Part shown: piece after piece, positions 29,950 to 39,826 of the stretch
Layout: every line of letters begins with the position of its first letter
Numbering within the stretch: the stretch's first letter is position 1
Notes under the pieces: generated by a model
Databases searched by the model: none
Seen by the model: only the letters and a program-made list of their open reading frames with translations
Told to the model about the DNA's origin: nothing
Translations under genes and position numbers: made by a program
Origin: Gemmatimonadota bacterium
Lineage (GTDB): Bacteria > Gemmatimonadota > Gemmatimonadetes > Longimicrobiales > Gaopeijiaceae
Reading direction: 5' to 3'
Length of the DNA stretch: 64,000 nt
Assembly: GCA_003564295.1 (NCBI GenBank)
Contig: PXFI01000086.1
Coordinates: 958-64,957 of the forward strand

Positions 29950-30999
29950 CTACTCCTCACCGCTCTCGATTACCTCAGCCGTCTCTCCTTCCACGAAGAA
30001 GAGCTGGCCATCCTCTCCTTCCTCCAGCTTCATGCCGAAGCGAAGATCGTGTTCCTGAAGGAAATCGCTGATCTCCTTCAGGGATTTCTTGCCGAAGTTG
30101 TCGATATCGAGCATCTGCTCCTCGGTCTTCTGAATCAGATCGCGGAGCGTCTTGATCTTCTCCTTCTGGAGCGAGTTCCGGGATCGAACGGAAAGCTCGG
30201 CCAGATCCTCGATTGAGCGGGCGAACAGGTCCCGAAGGCGTTCAGGCACGGGTACAGCTCCGGAAGGCGCTGCCTGGGGGATGCCCCCCTTCCCGAAATA
30301 GAGCATGTACTCGAAGTACTTCCGCACCAGGTCGGCAGCGTATCGGACCGCTGACTCGGGCTCCTGCGAGCCGTCCGTCTGCACCAGGAGGGTCAGCCGA
30401 TCGTAGTCGGTTCGCTGGCCCACCCGCGTCTCCTCCACAGTGAAGTTCGCGCGCCGAACGGGATTGTAGATGGAATCGATGCGAACCAGATCCACCGGGG
30501 CGCCCCGGGGAAGAAGATGCTGGTCGGCCAGCACAAAGCCACGTCCCTTGTTGACCATCAGCTCCATGTGGAGATCCCGGTCTTCCTCCAGGGTCAGGAT
30601 GTGATGATCGGGCTCCAGGATCTGCACCGAAGCAGGAGCATTGATCATGGAGGCCATCACCGGACCGGCCGTCTTGACGTGGGCCGACAGGGTTGCCTCA
30701 TCCACATCATCGTCCAGCCGCACCACCAGAGCCTTCAGGTTCTGGATGACCTGGTGGACGTCTTCCACGACGCCCTCGATGGTTTGATGCTCGTGCACCA
30801 CCCCGTCGATCCGGAAAGCCCAGACGGCAGCCCCCCTCAGGGCCGAGAGGAGCGTCCTCCTGATGGGGTTTCCAAGTGTGTATCCGAACCCACGCTCCAG
30901 GGGCTCGATGATGAACCGGCCCGATCTTCCGTCCTCGGAGAGATCTGCGATCTCCACACGCTCTGGAAGCACCAGTCCGACAAGGTCTAGATCCACCAT
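29950..30999 (-). CDS. rpoA: DNA-directed RNA polymerase subunit alpha
   Basis: EPLERGFGYTLGNPIRRTLLSAL and a C-terminal alpha-CTD (LSVRSRNSLQKEKIKTLRDL). The ORF-track start at 31035 is TTG. ATG 30999, preceded by GGAGG, gives the usual N-terminal length. Confidence 0.95.
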   Translation of the reverse strand: MVDLDLVGLVLPERVEIADLSEDGRSGRFIIEPLERGFGYTLGNPIRRTLLSALRGAAVWAFRIDGVVHEHQTIEGVVEDVHQVIQNLKALVVRLDDDVDEATLSAHVKTAGPVMASMINAPASVQILEPDHHILTLEEDRDLHMELMVNKGRGFVLADQHLLPRGAPVDLVRIDSIYNPVRRANFTVEETRVGQRTDYDRLTLLVQTDGSQEPESAVRYAADLVRKYFEYMLYFGKGGIPQAAPSGAVPVPERLRDLFARSIEDLAELSVRSRNSLQKEKIKTLRDLIQKTEEQMLDIDNFGKKSLKEISDFLQEHDLRFGMKLEEGEDGQLFFVEGETAEVIESGEE

Positions 31000-31090
31000 A
31001 TCCTCCGTACCTCTTGGGGCAACAGCCTTCGACAACCGCCCGGCGATCAGTCAGCCCGAACCCGGAGATTCCGGATTCGGAACGGAGAGA

Positions 31091-31726
31091 CTACTTGGAG
31101 TAGAGCTCCACGATGAGCTGCTCCTGGGCGGCCAGGGGTATGTCCTCCCTGGTGGGCTTCCTCACCACCCGACCCACCCGATTCTTCTCATCCAGGGCAA
31201 GCCATTCCAGGAGTTGAGGGCGAGTCCTGGACTCGAGGCTCTCTTCAACGAGGCTCAGCTGCCTGGAGCCGGCTTTGAGGGCCACCTCGTCACCCGCGGC
31301 CACCTGGTAGCTGGGGATGTCGACGACCCGGCCGTTGACTTCCACATGCCGATGCCGGACCAGCTGGCGGGCCGTGGCTCGGCTTGGGGCAAAGCCCATG
31401 CGGAACACGATGTTGTCCAGCCGGGATTCCAGGAACACGATGAGGTTGGCCCCGGTTATTCCGGCCAGGACCGCGGCCTTCTCGAAGAGATTACGGAACT
31501 GCTTCTCCCCCAGACCGTAGATCCTCTTGACCTTCTGCTTCTCACGGAGCTGGAGGGCATAGTCCGATTGCTTCCGTCGCCGGGCCTGGGCGGGCCCATG
31601 ATGTCCCGGCGGATACGCCCGCCGATCCACCGGGCACTTCTCGGTGTAGCATTTCGTGCCTTTCAGGAAGAGCTTCTCTCCTTCCCTCCGGCAGAGTTTG
31701 CAAACAGGTCCGGTGTACCGTGCCAT
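31091..31726 (-). CDS. rpsD: 30S ribosomal protein S4
   Basis: Start trimmed to ATG 31726: MARYTGPVCKLCRREGEKLFLKGTKC. Confidence 0.95.
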   Translation of the reverse strand: MARYTGPVCKLCRREGEKLFLKGTKCYTEKCPVDRRAYPPGHHGPAQARRRKQSDYALQLREKQKVKRIYGLGEKQFRNLFEKAAVLAGITGANLIVFLESRLDNIVFRMGFAPSRATARQLVRHRHVEVNGRVVDIPSYQVAAGDEVALKAGSRQLSLVEESLESRTRPQLLEWLALDEKNRVGRVVRKPTREDIPLAAQEQLIVELYSK

Positions 31727-31792
31727 CCACTCCCTCGTTTCTCTCTGGATTCCGGCGCTCCGCGCCGCGATCAAATTGCCCTTCCCGGCGCC

Positions 31793-32185
31793 TCAGACCC
31801 GCCGCTTCTTGGGCGGCCGACAGCCGTTGTGAGGCAGCGGTGTCACGTCCTGAATGGACTTGATGTGAAGACCCGAGGCAGCCAAGGCCTGAATTGCCGA
31901 CTCTCTTCCCGAGCCCGGTCCCTGGACACGCACGCTGACCCGCTTCACGCCCAGGGCCACCGCGTCCCGGCCGCACTGCTCCGCCGCCAGGGTGGCGGCA
32001 AAGGGAGTGGACTTCTTCGAGCCCTTGAACCCTGCCTTCCCGGCACTGGCCCAGGTCACGACGTTTCCGGAGTTGTCGGCGATGGTGATGAGGGTATTGT
32101 TGAAGGTCGCCTTGATGTGGGCGACCCCTTCAGCCTCTACCACCTTCTTGGTGCGTCTCGTACGAACCTGTTTCGGCTTGGCCAC
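31793..32185 (-). CDS. rpsK: 30S ribosomal protein S11
   Basis: [41 protein letters not shown] start. Confidence 0.95.
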   Translation of the reverse strand: MAKPKQVRTRRTKKVVEAEGVAHIKATFNNTLITIADNSGNVVTWASAGKAGFKGSKKSTPFAATLAAEQCGRDAVALGVKRVSVRVQGPGSGRESAIQALAASGLHIKSIQDVTPLPHNGCRPPKKRRV

Positions 32186-32284
32186 GCGTCCCCTTCCTTC
32201 GTCCGTTCTTCTCGATCCGTCAAACGCGGAAGACGGGACCAGGGGACACTGCCATCCGGCACGGGCCCCGGTCCCAGCACCTCC

Positions 32285-32665
32285 CTACTTCTTGGGGGCC
32301 TTCTTCTTCCCGGCGATTGGCCTGCGGGAACCCTTGTGGGTCCGGGCATTCGTGTGCGTCCGCTGGCCCCGGACGGGCAGTCCCCGGCGATGCCGGAGCC
32401 CACGATAACAACCGATGTCCATGAGCCTTTTGATATTCATGGACACCTCCGTCCGGAGGGCCCCCTCCACCTTGAAAGCCCCCTCGATCTCTCTCCTGAG
32501 GAGGTTGATCTCTTCGTCGGTGAGATCCTGAGCCCGCCGGCTCGGATCCACCCCGCAAGATTCAAGGATCTTTCCGGCCCGGGTCCGCCCGATTCCATAG
32601 ATATGGGTCAGGGCAACCTCGATCCGCTTTCCCCTGGGCAGGTCAACGCCCGCAATACGTGCCAT
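32285..32665 (-). CDS. rpsM: 30S ribosomal protein S13
   Basis: [30 protein letters not shown]. Confidence 0.95.
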   Translation of the reverse strand: MARIAGVDLPRGKRIEVALTHIYGIGRTRAGKILESCGVDPSRRAQDLTDEEINLLRREIEGAFKVEGALRTEVSMNIKRLMDIGCYRGLRHRRGLPVRGQRTHTNARTHKGSRRPIAGKKKAPKK

Positions 32666-32722
32666 CGAATCGTCTCAGTGGTTCGAATACTGGATGGTCA
32701 GTGGAGGCCATACGGGCCCCGG

Positions 32723-32839
32723 TCAACCCTGGCGCTGCTTGTGGCGGGGATTCCGCTTGCAGATGACCCGGACAACGCCTCGACGCCGGATCACCTTACA
32801 GTGCTCGCAGATAGGCCTTACGCTTGTTCGTACCTTCAT
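32723..32839 (-). CDS. rpmJ: 50S ribosomal protein L36
   Basis: Not in the ORF track because it is too short. Hand translation: [38 protein letters not shown] followed by a stop. Confidence 0.9.
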   Translation of the reverse strand: MKVRTSVRPICEHCKVIRRRGVVRVICKRNPRHKQRQG

Positions 32840-32875
32840 GGAAAACACCCCGGACCGTTGATTACAGAGCTTTGG

Positions 32876-32904
32876 AGTATAACTGAACGATTATCGTGTT
32901 TCAA
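32876..32904 (-). promoter_or_regulatory. Sigma70-like promoter upstream of rpmJ
   Basis: Minus-sense TTGAAA, a 17-nt spacer, then TATACT. Located ~36 nt upstream of the rpmJ ATG, in the 124-nt map-rpmJ gap. Confidence 0.5.
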
Positions 32905-32963
32905 GGCGTTCTCACCGCTTCCGGAAGGGCCATGCCTCCCGGGACCGTACCCCCACAGCCCTC

Positions 32964-33770
32964 TCATCCCGACCGGGGCCCGGGAGCAGGGCCAGCCAGC
33001 ACCCGGTACGCGGGAGGCACCACCCCTGTCAGCACCCGGGGGCCATCTTGGGTAAGGGCAATTGTGTGCTCGAAATGGGCCGACTTGCTGCGATCACCCG
33101 TCACCACCGTCCAACCGTCGTCGAGGGTGTGGATGCGGTGCGTTCCGGCGCTCAACATGGGCTCGATTGCCAGAACCATTCCTTCCATGAGAGGGGGCCC
33201 CTGCCCAGGGCAACCCACGTTGGGAACCTGGGGCTCTTCGTGCACCTCCCTGCCGAGGCCGTGGCCCACCAGATCCCGAATGATCCCATACCCGGTGCCG
33301 TCGACCCTGCTCACCACGGCGGCTCCGATGTCTCCTACATGGCTGTCCACCACTGCGGCTTCCAGGGCCAGATAAAGGGATTCCTCCGTCACCGTCAAAA
33401 GGTTCCGCGTCCTTTCGTCCAACTCCCCCACGGGAAAGGTCCAGGCCGAATCGGAGCACCAGCCTTCCAACCTGACACCCACGTCGATGGAAAGGATGTC
33501 CCCCTCCTTCAGGCGGCGCTTGAAGCTGGGAATGCCGTGGACAACCTCTTCGTTCAACGAGGTGCACACACTTCCCGGAAAGCCGTAGAGACCCTTGAAG
33601 GCGGGGACGGCCCCCTCATGGGACCTGATGAACTCTTCGGCGAACCGGTCCAGTGCCCCCGTACTCGTACCGGGCTCTATGCGCCCCCGCAACTCCCGGA
33701 ACAGGCCGGCAATGATGGATCCACCCCGGGCGATGACCTCGATCTCCCGCTCCGTCTTCAGTTGGATCAC
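32964..33770 (-). CDS. map: Type I methionine aminopeptidase
   Basis: Metal-ligand contexts VVHGIP, DILSIDVG, GHGLGREVHE and LAIEPM. GTG start. Confidence 0.93.
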   Translation of the reverse strand: MIQLKTEREIEVIARGGSIIAGLFRELRGRIEPGTSTGALDRFAEEFIRSHEGAVPAFKGLYGFPGSVCTSLNEEVVHGIPSFKRRLKEGDILSIDVGVRLEGWCSDSAWTFPVGELDERTRNLLTVTEESLYLALEAAVVDSHVGDIGAAVVSRVDGTGYGIIRDLVGHGLGREVHEEPQVPNVGCPGQGPPLMEGMVLAIEPMLSAGTHRIHTLDDGWTVVTGDRSKSAHFEHTIALTQDGPRVLTGVVPPAYRVLAGPAPGPRSG

Positions 33771-33790
33771 CTTCGCACCATTCCCACCGT

Positions 33791-34495
33791 TCAGGCGCGG
33801 GTTCCGAGACCCTCGGAGGCTCCAGTCGGAGGGGGCCCGGAGGAAGCTTCCTGCTCCAGGAGTTTCCGGATACCCCTCTGCCCCTCCTCCACCGATCCCT
33901 CCCCCCGAATCCTGACCAGGACTCCGCCTCGGCCCTCATAGAACCGGATGAGGGGCTCGGTCTGCTCTCGGTAGACCTCCAGGCGGTTACGGACCGTTTC
34001 GGGTCTATCGTCAGGGCGATGCACCAGATCGGACCCGCAGTTGTCGCAGATGCCCTCCACAGCCGGAGTATTGTTGTGGACGTTGAACACGGACCCGCAT
34101 CCAGGACAGTTCAGCCGACCGGCGATGCGCTTCACCAGGACATCTTCATCAGCCTCCAGAACCACCACTCTGTCCACCTTTCGGCCCAAGTCGGCCAAAA
34201 CCCCGTCCAGGGCTTGGGCCTGAGGCACCGTCCGAGGGAAGCCATCGAAGATTACTCCCTGGTCCGGAGGCAGGCTGGCGAGGGCATCCTTTACCATGGC
34301 CACTATGAGCTCGTCCGGAACCAGTTCTCCGGCATCCATGTGCTTCCGGGCTTCCTGGCCCAGGGGAGTTCCCTCGCGGCGATTGGCCCGCAGGATGTCA
34401 CCCGTGGCCATGTGCTTCCAGGAGCTACCCTCTGCCAGGAGGGCCCCCTGGGTGCCTTTTCCCACCCCCGGGGGACCCAAAAGGATCACGTTCAT
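33791..34495 (-). CDS. adk: Adenylate kinase (zinc-lid type)
   Basis: Start trimmed to ATG 34495: MNVILLGPPGVGKGTQG. LID region with CPGCG...CDNCG. Confidence 0.93.
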   Translation of the reverse strand: MNVILLGPPGVGKGTQGALLAEGSSWKHMATGDILRANRREGTPLGQEARKHMDAGELVPDELIVAMVKDALASLPPDQGVIFDGFPRTVPQAQALDGVLADLGRKVDRVVVLEADEDVLVKRIAGRLNCPGCGSVFNVHNNTPAVEGICDNCGSDLVHRPDDRPETVRNRLEVYREQTEPLIRFYEGRGGVLVRIRGEGSVEEGQRGIRKLLEQEASSGPPPTGASEGLGTRA

Positions 34496-34607
34496 GCTAC
34501 CCTCCGAGCCCGCGGGCCACTCAGGCACTGCAAAGCGAGGAGTTGCCGGATCGGCCGTACCTCCCGAGGTCGCCCCACCCCCCGAGGTGAGCGGCCGCCC
34601 CAGCTCG

Positions 34608-35921
34608 TCACATATACCGCTGCCTGCCACGCATCTTGACCCGGCCCTTCTTCATGAACCCATCGTAATGCCGGAGCAGAAGATGCTGCTGGGCCTTCTG
34701 CACGGTGTCCAGCGCCACTCCCACCACGATCAAGAGGCCTGTCCCGCCGAAGAAGAAGGTCTGGATGTTGAAGATGTCGAAGATCCAGAACGGGAGCAGG
34801 GCGATGATGGCCAGATACATGGATCCGGGGAGGGTCACCCTGGTCAGGACCCTGTCGATGTACTCGGCAGTTCGCGCTCCTGGCTTCACGCCCGGGATGA
34901 ACCCTCCCTGCTTCTTCAGATTCTCAGCAAGATCCACCGGGTTGAAGATGATGGCCGTGTAGAAATACGTGAAGAAGACGATGAGTAGCCCATAGGTGAC
35001 GTAATAGATGGTCGTCTGGGGCTGGAACAGGTCTGCCAGGTTCTGGAGGAAGGGGGAGGTGGAAAAGGCCGCCGCCGTCCCGGGAACCACGATGAATGCC
35101 TGGGCGAAGATGATGGGCATGACACCAGCGGAGTTGACCCGAAGGGGGATGAAGCTCTTCTGCCCTTCCTGGATCCTTCCCCGCCCCACCACCTTCCTGG
35201 GAATCTGAACCGGGATCTTCCTGGCCCCCATGGTCATGGCCACCACTCCTGCCGTCACCCCGATGAGAACAGCCAGGAGGGCCACCAGCGCCACGGCCCC
35301 GATCTCCCCCAGCATGAGCGCCTCCCAGGTTCGGGCAATGGCCGACGGGAAACCCTCGATGATGGAGAAGAAGATGAGGAGGCTCATGCCGTTCCCGATC
35401 CCCCTCTCGGTGATCTGCTCTCCAAGCCACATGATGAAGATGGCGCCCACCGTGAGAGCCAGTACGGTGGTGAAGATGAAGCCCGCTCCCGGGGTGGTGA
35501 CGGCTCCGGGCAGGCTCAGGAGGAAGATGGAGTAGCCGTAGGCCTGGATGGCACTCAGAAGCACGGTCGTATAGCGGGTCCACTGGGTGATCTTCTTGCG
35601 TCCCTCTTCCCCCTCTTTCTGGAGCTTCTCAATGGTGGGAATGACCGCCGCCAGCAGCTGGAACATGATGGAGGCGGAGATGTAGGGCATGATCCCGAGA
35701 GCGAAGATCGTCGCCCGAGAGAGCCCTCCTCCCACGAACATGTCGTAGATGCCAAGGAAGGTGTCCTGCAACTGGCCGAACTGCAGTCTCAGCGCCACCA
35801 CGTCCAGGCCGGGAACCGTGATGTGAGCCCCGATCCGGTAGATGAGGAGGATGAAGAGGGTGAAAAGGATCTTGTCTTTCAGCTCCGGCACACGCCAGAG
35901 ATTCGGAATAGGATTGGCCAT
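34608..35921 (-). CDS. secY: Preprotein translocase subunit SecY
   Basis: 437 aa, 10 TM segments. GIMPYISASI and GGTGLLIVVGVALDT motifs. Confidence 0.96.
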   Translation of the reverse strand: MANPIPNLWRVPELKDKILFTLFILLIYRIGAHITVPGLDVVALRLQFGQLQDTFLGIYDMFVGGGLSRATIFALGIMPYISASIMFQLLAAVIPTIEKLQKEGEEGRKKITQWTRYTTVLLSAIQAYGYSIFLLSLPGAVTTPGAGFIFTTVLALTVGAIFIMWLGEQITERGIGNGMSLLIFFSIIEGFPSAIARTWEALMLGEIGAVALVALLAVLIGVTAGVVAMTMGARKIPVQIPRKVVGRGRIQEGQKSFIPLRVNSAGVMPIIFAQAFIVVPGTAAAFSTSPFLQNLADLFQPQTTIYYVTYGLLIVFFTYFYTAIIFNPVDLAENLKKQGGFIPGVKPGARTAEYIDRVLTRVTLPGSMYLAIIALLPFWIFDIFNIQTFFFGGTGLLIVVGVALDTVQKAQQHLLLRHYDGFMKKGRVKMRGRQRYM

Positions 35922-35932
35922 GGTCGCCCCGG

Positions 35933-36409
35933 TCAGGCCTCCTCGCCCTTGGTATCCGACACCGTGCCGCCGAGGATCGTCACCGTTCCTCCGGCTCCTT
36001 CGATCTTGACCCGCGCTGTGGCGCTGCAGGCGTGGGCAGAAACCTGGTAGGCTCCCTCCACCTCGCCTGTTCCCAGGATCTTCACCGGCTTGGCCATGCT
36101 ACCGATGAGGCCATGATCCCTCAGAACTTGGGGAGTCACCTCTCCAGCCGGAATCCGAGCCAGGTCGCGGACGTTCACCGCCTGGTACTCCACCCGGTTG
36201 ATGTTCGTGAAGCCCCGCTTCGGGATTCGGCGCTGAAGGGGCATCTGCCCGCCCTCGAAGCCGGGGCGGACCTTCCCTCCGGCACGGGCCCCCTGTCCCT
36301 TGTGACCGCGTCCGGCGGTTTTCCCCTTTCCGGAGCCTGCGCCGCGGCCCACCCTCTTGCGATTGCGGTGGGACCCCGGGGGGGGATTCAAATCATGCAG
36401 CTCGGGCAT
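35933..36409 (-). CDS. rplO: 50S ribosomal protein L15
   Basis: RVGRGAGSGKGKTAGRGHKGQ. Confidence 0.94.
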   Translation of the reverse strand: MPELHDLNPPPGSHRNRKRVGRGAGSGKGKTAGRGHKGQGARAGGKVRPGFEGGQMPLQRRIPKRGFTNINRVEYQAVNVRDLARIPAGEVTPQVLRDHGLIGSMAKPVKILGTGEVEGAYQVSAHACSATARVKIEGAGGTVTILGGTVSDTKGEEA

Positions 36410-36421
36410 GGGATGCTTTCC

Positions 36422-36631
36422 TCAGTCTTCGACTTCCGTGACCTCCACCAGATGGGAGACCTGGTCGATCATCCCACGGATGGCAGGCGTGTCATTGTGG
36501 ATCACTGTCTGCTGGTGCCGCTTCAGCCCAAGAGCCTCCAGGGTCCTCCGGTGGTTGGAAGGTCGGCCGATCCCGCTCCGGACCTGCTTGATGGCGATCT
36601 TCTTTGGCCCTGCCGCCTTCTTCTTAGCCAC
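36422..36631 (-). CDS. rpmD: 50S ribosomal protein L30
   Basis: [30 protein letters not shown] start. 8-nt overlap with the rpsE 3' end. Confidence 0.92.
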   Translation of the reverse strand: MAKKKAAGPKKIAIKQVRSGIGRPSNHRRTLEALGLKRHQQTVIHNDTPAIRGMIDQVSHLVEVTEVED

Positions 36632-37151
36632 GGCGCACCCCCAGAGCTTCCACGGGAATTCCCCGCTCCTGGGCGACCTGCTCCGCCGTTACCATGTTTT
36701 GGAGCCCTTCCACCGTGGCTCGAACCACGTTGATGGGATTGTTGCTCCCCAGGCTCTTCGTCAAAACGTCCCGGACCCCGGCGGCCTCCATGACCGCACG
36801 GACCGGCCCTCCGGCGATGACTCCCGTTCCCGGCCCCGCCGGACGGAGGAGAACCTTGCCGGCACCCCACTCCCCCAGGATGTCGTGGGGGATGGTCCCA
36901 CCCTGGAGGGGGACCTGGAAGGTCTCCTTCTTGGCCTGCTCGAAGGCTTTCCGAATGGCTTCCGCAACCTCGTTGGCCTTGGCGAGCCCGATGCCCAGCT
37001 GGCCTGCCTGGTCACCCACGGCCACCAGGGCCGTGAAGGAGAACCGCCGCCCACCCTTCACGACCTTGGCCACCCGGTTGATGTGGATGACGTTCTCCAC
37101 CATCTCGGATTCCCGAGGCCGGCTCTGCCTCTTCTCCCGTTCCTTTGCCAT
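36624..37151 (-). CDS. rpsE: 30S ribosomal protein S5
   Basis: [37 protein letters not shown]. Confidence 0.95.
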   Translation of the reverse strand: MAKEREKRQSRPRESEMVENVIHINRVAKVVKGGRRFSFTALVAVGDQAGQLGIGLAKANEVAEAIRKAFEQAKKETFQVPLQGGTIPHDILGEWGAGKVLLRPAGPGTGVIAGGPVRAVMEAAGVRDVLTKSLGSNNPINVVRATVEGLQNMVTAEQVAQERGIPVEALGVRRG

Positions 37152-37537
37152 CAGAACTCCAATCCTCCCTTGCGGGCCCCATCGGCGAAGGCTTTCACCC
37201 GGCCATGGTACCTGTAGCCACCACGATCGAAGACGACCGACTGGACACCGTGTTCCCTGGCCTTCCGGCCCAGCAGCCTGCCGGCCTCGAAGGCGACTTC
37301 GATCCCGGGCGTCCGCGACTCGCCCTTGAACTCTCGCAGTTCTCCGCTCAGGGTGCTGACCCCCACGATGGTCCGGGAAGCGTCGTCATCCACCAGCTGC
37401 CCTTCCATGTTCCTGAGGGACCTGAATACGACGAGGCGGGGCCGCTCCGCGGTACCCCGAAGCTTTCTACGGATTCTCCGGTGCCGCATGGCTCGCCGGA
37501 TGCTCCGACCCTCCTTGAGATTGCCGACCTTTGCCAT
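37151..37537 (-). CDS. rplR: 50S ribosomal protein L18
   Basis: [21 protein letters not shown] and FDRGGY.YHGRVKA.AD.AR..GL.F. The stop shares one base with the rpsE ATG. Confidence 0.95.
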   Translation of the reverse strand: MAKVGNLKEGRSIRRAMRHRRIRRKLRGTAERPRLVVFRSLRNMEGQLVDDDASRTIVGVSTLSGELREFKGESRTPGIEVAFEAGRLLGRKAREHGVQSVVFDRGGYRYHGRVKAFADGARKGGLEF

Positions 37538-37540
37538 GGT

Positions 37541-38086
37541 CTATGCCCCCGCAGTCTTTCCGGCCTTCCGGCGGACCAGCTCGCCCCGATACCGAATGCC
37601 CTTGCCCTTGTATGGTTCCGGAGGCCGGAAGGAACGAATCTCGGCCGCAGCCTGACCCACGCGCTGCTTGTCGGCCCCGGAGACCACGATGGTGGTCTGC
37701 GTCGGACATGTAAGGGTGACCCCCTCGGGAGGAGAATACTCGATGGGGTGGGAGTAGCCAACCTGGATCCGGATCCCCTCACCCGTGGCAGAGGGGTCGG
37801 CTCTATATCCCACGCCCACAATCTCCAGGGTCTTGGAGAAGCCCTGGTCCACCCCGTGGACCATGTTTGCCAGCAGGGACCGGGTGAGTCCGTGCAGGGC
37901 CTTGTGGCGGGGCTGATCGGAAGGCCTGCGCACCAACACCGATCCCTCCTCCACCTTGACCTCCATCTCCGGGTGAACCTCCATGGAGAGGGTCCCCTTT
38001 GGTCCCTTCACCGAGAAGCTCCGACCCACGAGGGTGATTTCCACCCCCTTGGGGATCTCCACCGGCATCTTGCCAATCCGCGACAT
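37541..38086 (-). CDS. rplF: 50S ribosomal protein L6
   Basis: True start at ATG 38086: MSRIGKMPVEIPKGVEITL.. and PEPYKGKGIRY. The 369-aa ORF-track entry is an upstream run-on across rpsH. Confidence 0.95.
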   Translation of the reverse strand: MSRIGKMPVEIPKGVEITLVGRSFSVKGPKGTLSMEVHPEMEVKVEEGSVLVRRPSDQPRHKALHGLTRSLLANMVHGVDQGFSKTLEIVGVGYRADPSATGEGIRIQVGYSHPIEYSPPEGVTLTCPTQTTIVVSGADKQRVGQAAAEIRSFRPPEPYKGKGIRYRGELVRRKAGKTAGA

Positions 38087-38103
38087 GCTTGCTCGCTCTT
38101 CCG

Positions 38104-38496
38104 TTACCAGATCAGGGCCATGAGCTCCCCTCCCACTCCTTGTTGGCGTGCCACCCTGTCGGACAGCATGCCGTGGGAGGTGGAGAGGATGGCCATACCC
38201 AGGCCGTTGCGGACCCGGGGGATGTCTTTGACAGCTACGTAATGCCGCCGGCCGGGCCGGGAGACGCGCTCCAGGTGTCGTATCACGGGCGCACCGTCGG
38301 CATATTTCAGATAGATCCGAAGCAACCCATGGGCGCCGTCGTCCAGGACTTTGTAGTCGAAGACGAAGGCGTTCTCCTTCAAGAGCTTCGCAATCTCGAT
38401 CTTCAGATTGGAGACCGGGATGTCCACCCACCGGTGTCCGGCAGCTCCGGCGTTCCGGATTCGGGTCAGCATGTCCGCGATGGGATCCGTCATCAT
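38104..38496 (-). CDS. rpsH: 30S ribosomal protein S8
   Basis: MMTDPIADMLTRIRNA, ending ...GGELMALIW. Start at ATG 38496 (or 38493). Confidence 0.95.
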   Translation of the reverse strand: MMTDPIADMLTRIRNAGAAGHRWVDIPVSNLKIEIAKLLKENAFVFDYKVLDDGAHGLLRIYLKYADGAPVIRHLERVSRPGRRHYVAVKDIPRVRNGLGMAILSTSHGMLSDRVARQQGVGGELMALIW

Positions 38497-38513
38497 TTTC
38501 AGTTTCGATCCTT

Positions 38514-38699
38514 TTACCAACTGGACTTCCGTACGCCGGGGATCTCCCCCCGAAGGGACATCTCCCGGAAGCAGATCCTGCAAATCTCGAACTTCCGCAG
38601 AAATCCTCGCGGCCGGCCGCAACGGGAGCAACGGTTCCGAACACGGACACCGTACTTCGGCTTGCGCTTGGACTTCTCGATGAGGGCTTTCTTCGCCAT
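38514..38699 (-). CDS. rpsN: 30S ribosomal protein S14, zinc-binding type Z
   Basis: 61 aa. [37 protein letters not shown]. Confidence 0.95.
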   Translation of the reverse strand: MAKKALIEKSKRKPKYGVRVRNRCSRCGRPRGFLRKFEICRICFREMSLRGEIPGVRKSSW

Positions 38700-38722
38700 C
38701 TGATTCTCGACTCGTGTTGGGG

Positions 38723-39451
38723 CTAAGCCGCCGGCATCCCGATCTGGACGGGCTTCTCTTCCCCGCGGAAGGGGAAGCCCATCTGCCTGAGGAGGGCGAA
38801 AGCCTCGTCATCCTTGTTCGTGGAGGTCACGATGGTGATGTCCATCCCGTGAACCTTCTTCACCCGGTCGTAGTTGATCTCCGGGAAGATGATCTGCTCC
38901 TTGATCCCCAGGGTGTAGTTCCCACGACCGTCAAAGGAACGGGTGGAGAGACCGCGAAAGTCCCGAACCCGGGGGATGGCGGAGGTGACCAGGCGATCCA
39001 GGAAGGTATACATCCGTTCCCTTCTGAGTGTGACGCTCACCCCCACGGGCATCCCCTCCCTCAGAGCGAAGTTGGAGATGGCCTTCCTGGCCCGATTCAC
39101 AACAGGCCTCTGGCCCGTGATGATGGCCAGCTCCTCCACGACGCTTTCCAGAAGCTTCTGGTCCTTGGGCGCCTCACCCACCCCAACGTTGACCACCACC
39201 TTCTCGATTCGGGGAATCTGGTGGGGATTCTGGAAACCGAACTGCTCGGTCAGGGCCGGTTTCACCTGATCAACATAGTGCCGGAAGAGCCTGGACTCCC
39301 TCTTCTCGGCCAAGGGCCTGGGCTGGTCCTCGGAAGCCTTGGACTCCTTCTTCTTCTTTGGCTTGGCCTGGTCCACGGAAGCCTTGGACTCCTTCTTCTT
39401 CTTTGGCTTGGCCTGGTCCGCCGGGGCCTTGGATTCCTTCTTCTTCGCCAT
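38723..39451 (-). CDS. rplE: 50S ribosomal protein L5 with a ~50-aa lysine-rich repeat N-terminal extension
   Basis: Core [35 protein letters not shown] and a C-terminal FPFRG. It is preceded by [46 protein letters not shown]. Confidence 0.93.
   Translation of the reverse strand: MAKKKESKAPADQAKPKKKKESKASVDQAKPKKKKESKASEDQPRPLAEKRESRLFRHYVDQVKPALTEQFGFQNPHQIPRIEKVVVNVGVGEAPKDQKLLESVVEELAIITGQRPVVNRARKAISNFALREGMPVGVSVTLRRERMYTFLDRLVTSAIPRVRDFRGLSTRSFDGRGNYTLGIKEQIIFPEINYDRVKKVHGMDITIVTSTNKDDEAFALLRQMGFPFRGEEKPVQIGMPAA
39332..39451 (-). repeat. 45-nt tandem direct repeat (about 2.7 copies) inside the rplE 5' end
   Basis: Copies at 39332-39376 and 39377-39421 match at 44 of 45 nt. A third, diverged partial copy runs to the ATG. 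The period is in frame (15 aa). Confidence 0.9.
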
Positions 39452-39466
39452 CGTCGGGGGTTCCTG

Positions 39467-39826
39467 TTACGACCTGGGGACCGGATTGCCGCTCTTGGTG
39501 GCGATCCGCTCCTTGGTTCCATCGGCTTCGATCCTCAACCTGGTCCGGCTGGCTTGCTCTGATGCGGGATCCACCAGCATGACGTTGGAGATGTGGATGG
39601 GAGCCTCGAACGTGATGATTCCACCCTCCGGGTCCTCCTTCGTGGGGCGCTGATGGCGCTTACGCCTGTTCACGCCTTCCACCACCACCCGGTGCTCATC
39701 CGGAATCACCCTGAGAACGGTACCTTCCAGGTCTCGGTAGTTGCCCCGGATCACCCTCACCCGGTCACCCTTGACGATGCGGTGCTTCACCCGGCGGGGC
39801 GGGGTTCCGGGTTTCCTGGCAGCCAT
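39467..39826 (-). CDS. rplX: 50S ribosomal protein L24
   Basis: KGDRVRVIRGNYRDLEGTVLRV (KOW motif). The ATG shares one base with the rplN stop. Confidence 0.94.
   Translation of the reverse strand: MAARKPGTPPRRVKHRIVKGDRVRVIRGNYRDLEGTVLRVIPDEHRVVVEGVNRRKRHQRPTKEDPEGGIITFEAPIHISNVMLVDPASEQASRTRLRIEADGTKERIATKSGNPVPRS

Noticed and set aside
37541-38650. 369-aa minus-strand ORF spanning the rplF and rpsH regions.
   Set aside because: Only the last 181 codons (from ATG 38086, MSRIGKMPVEIPKG) match L6. The upstream part is an out-of-frame run across rpsH and rpsN, which have their own well-supported frames.
39332-39451. Possible CRISPR-like or intergenic repeat array.
   Set aside because: The units are directly adjacent with no spacers, the 45-nt period is in frame, and they lie inside the rplE reading frame. 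This is a coding tandem repeat, not a CRISPR array.
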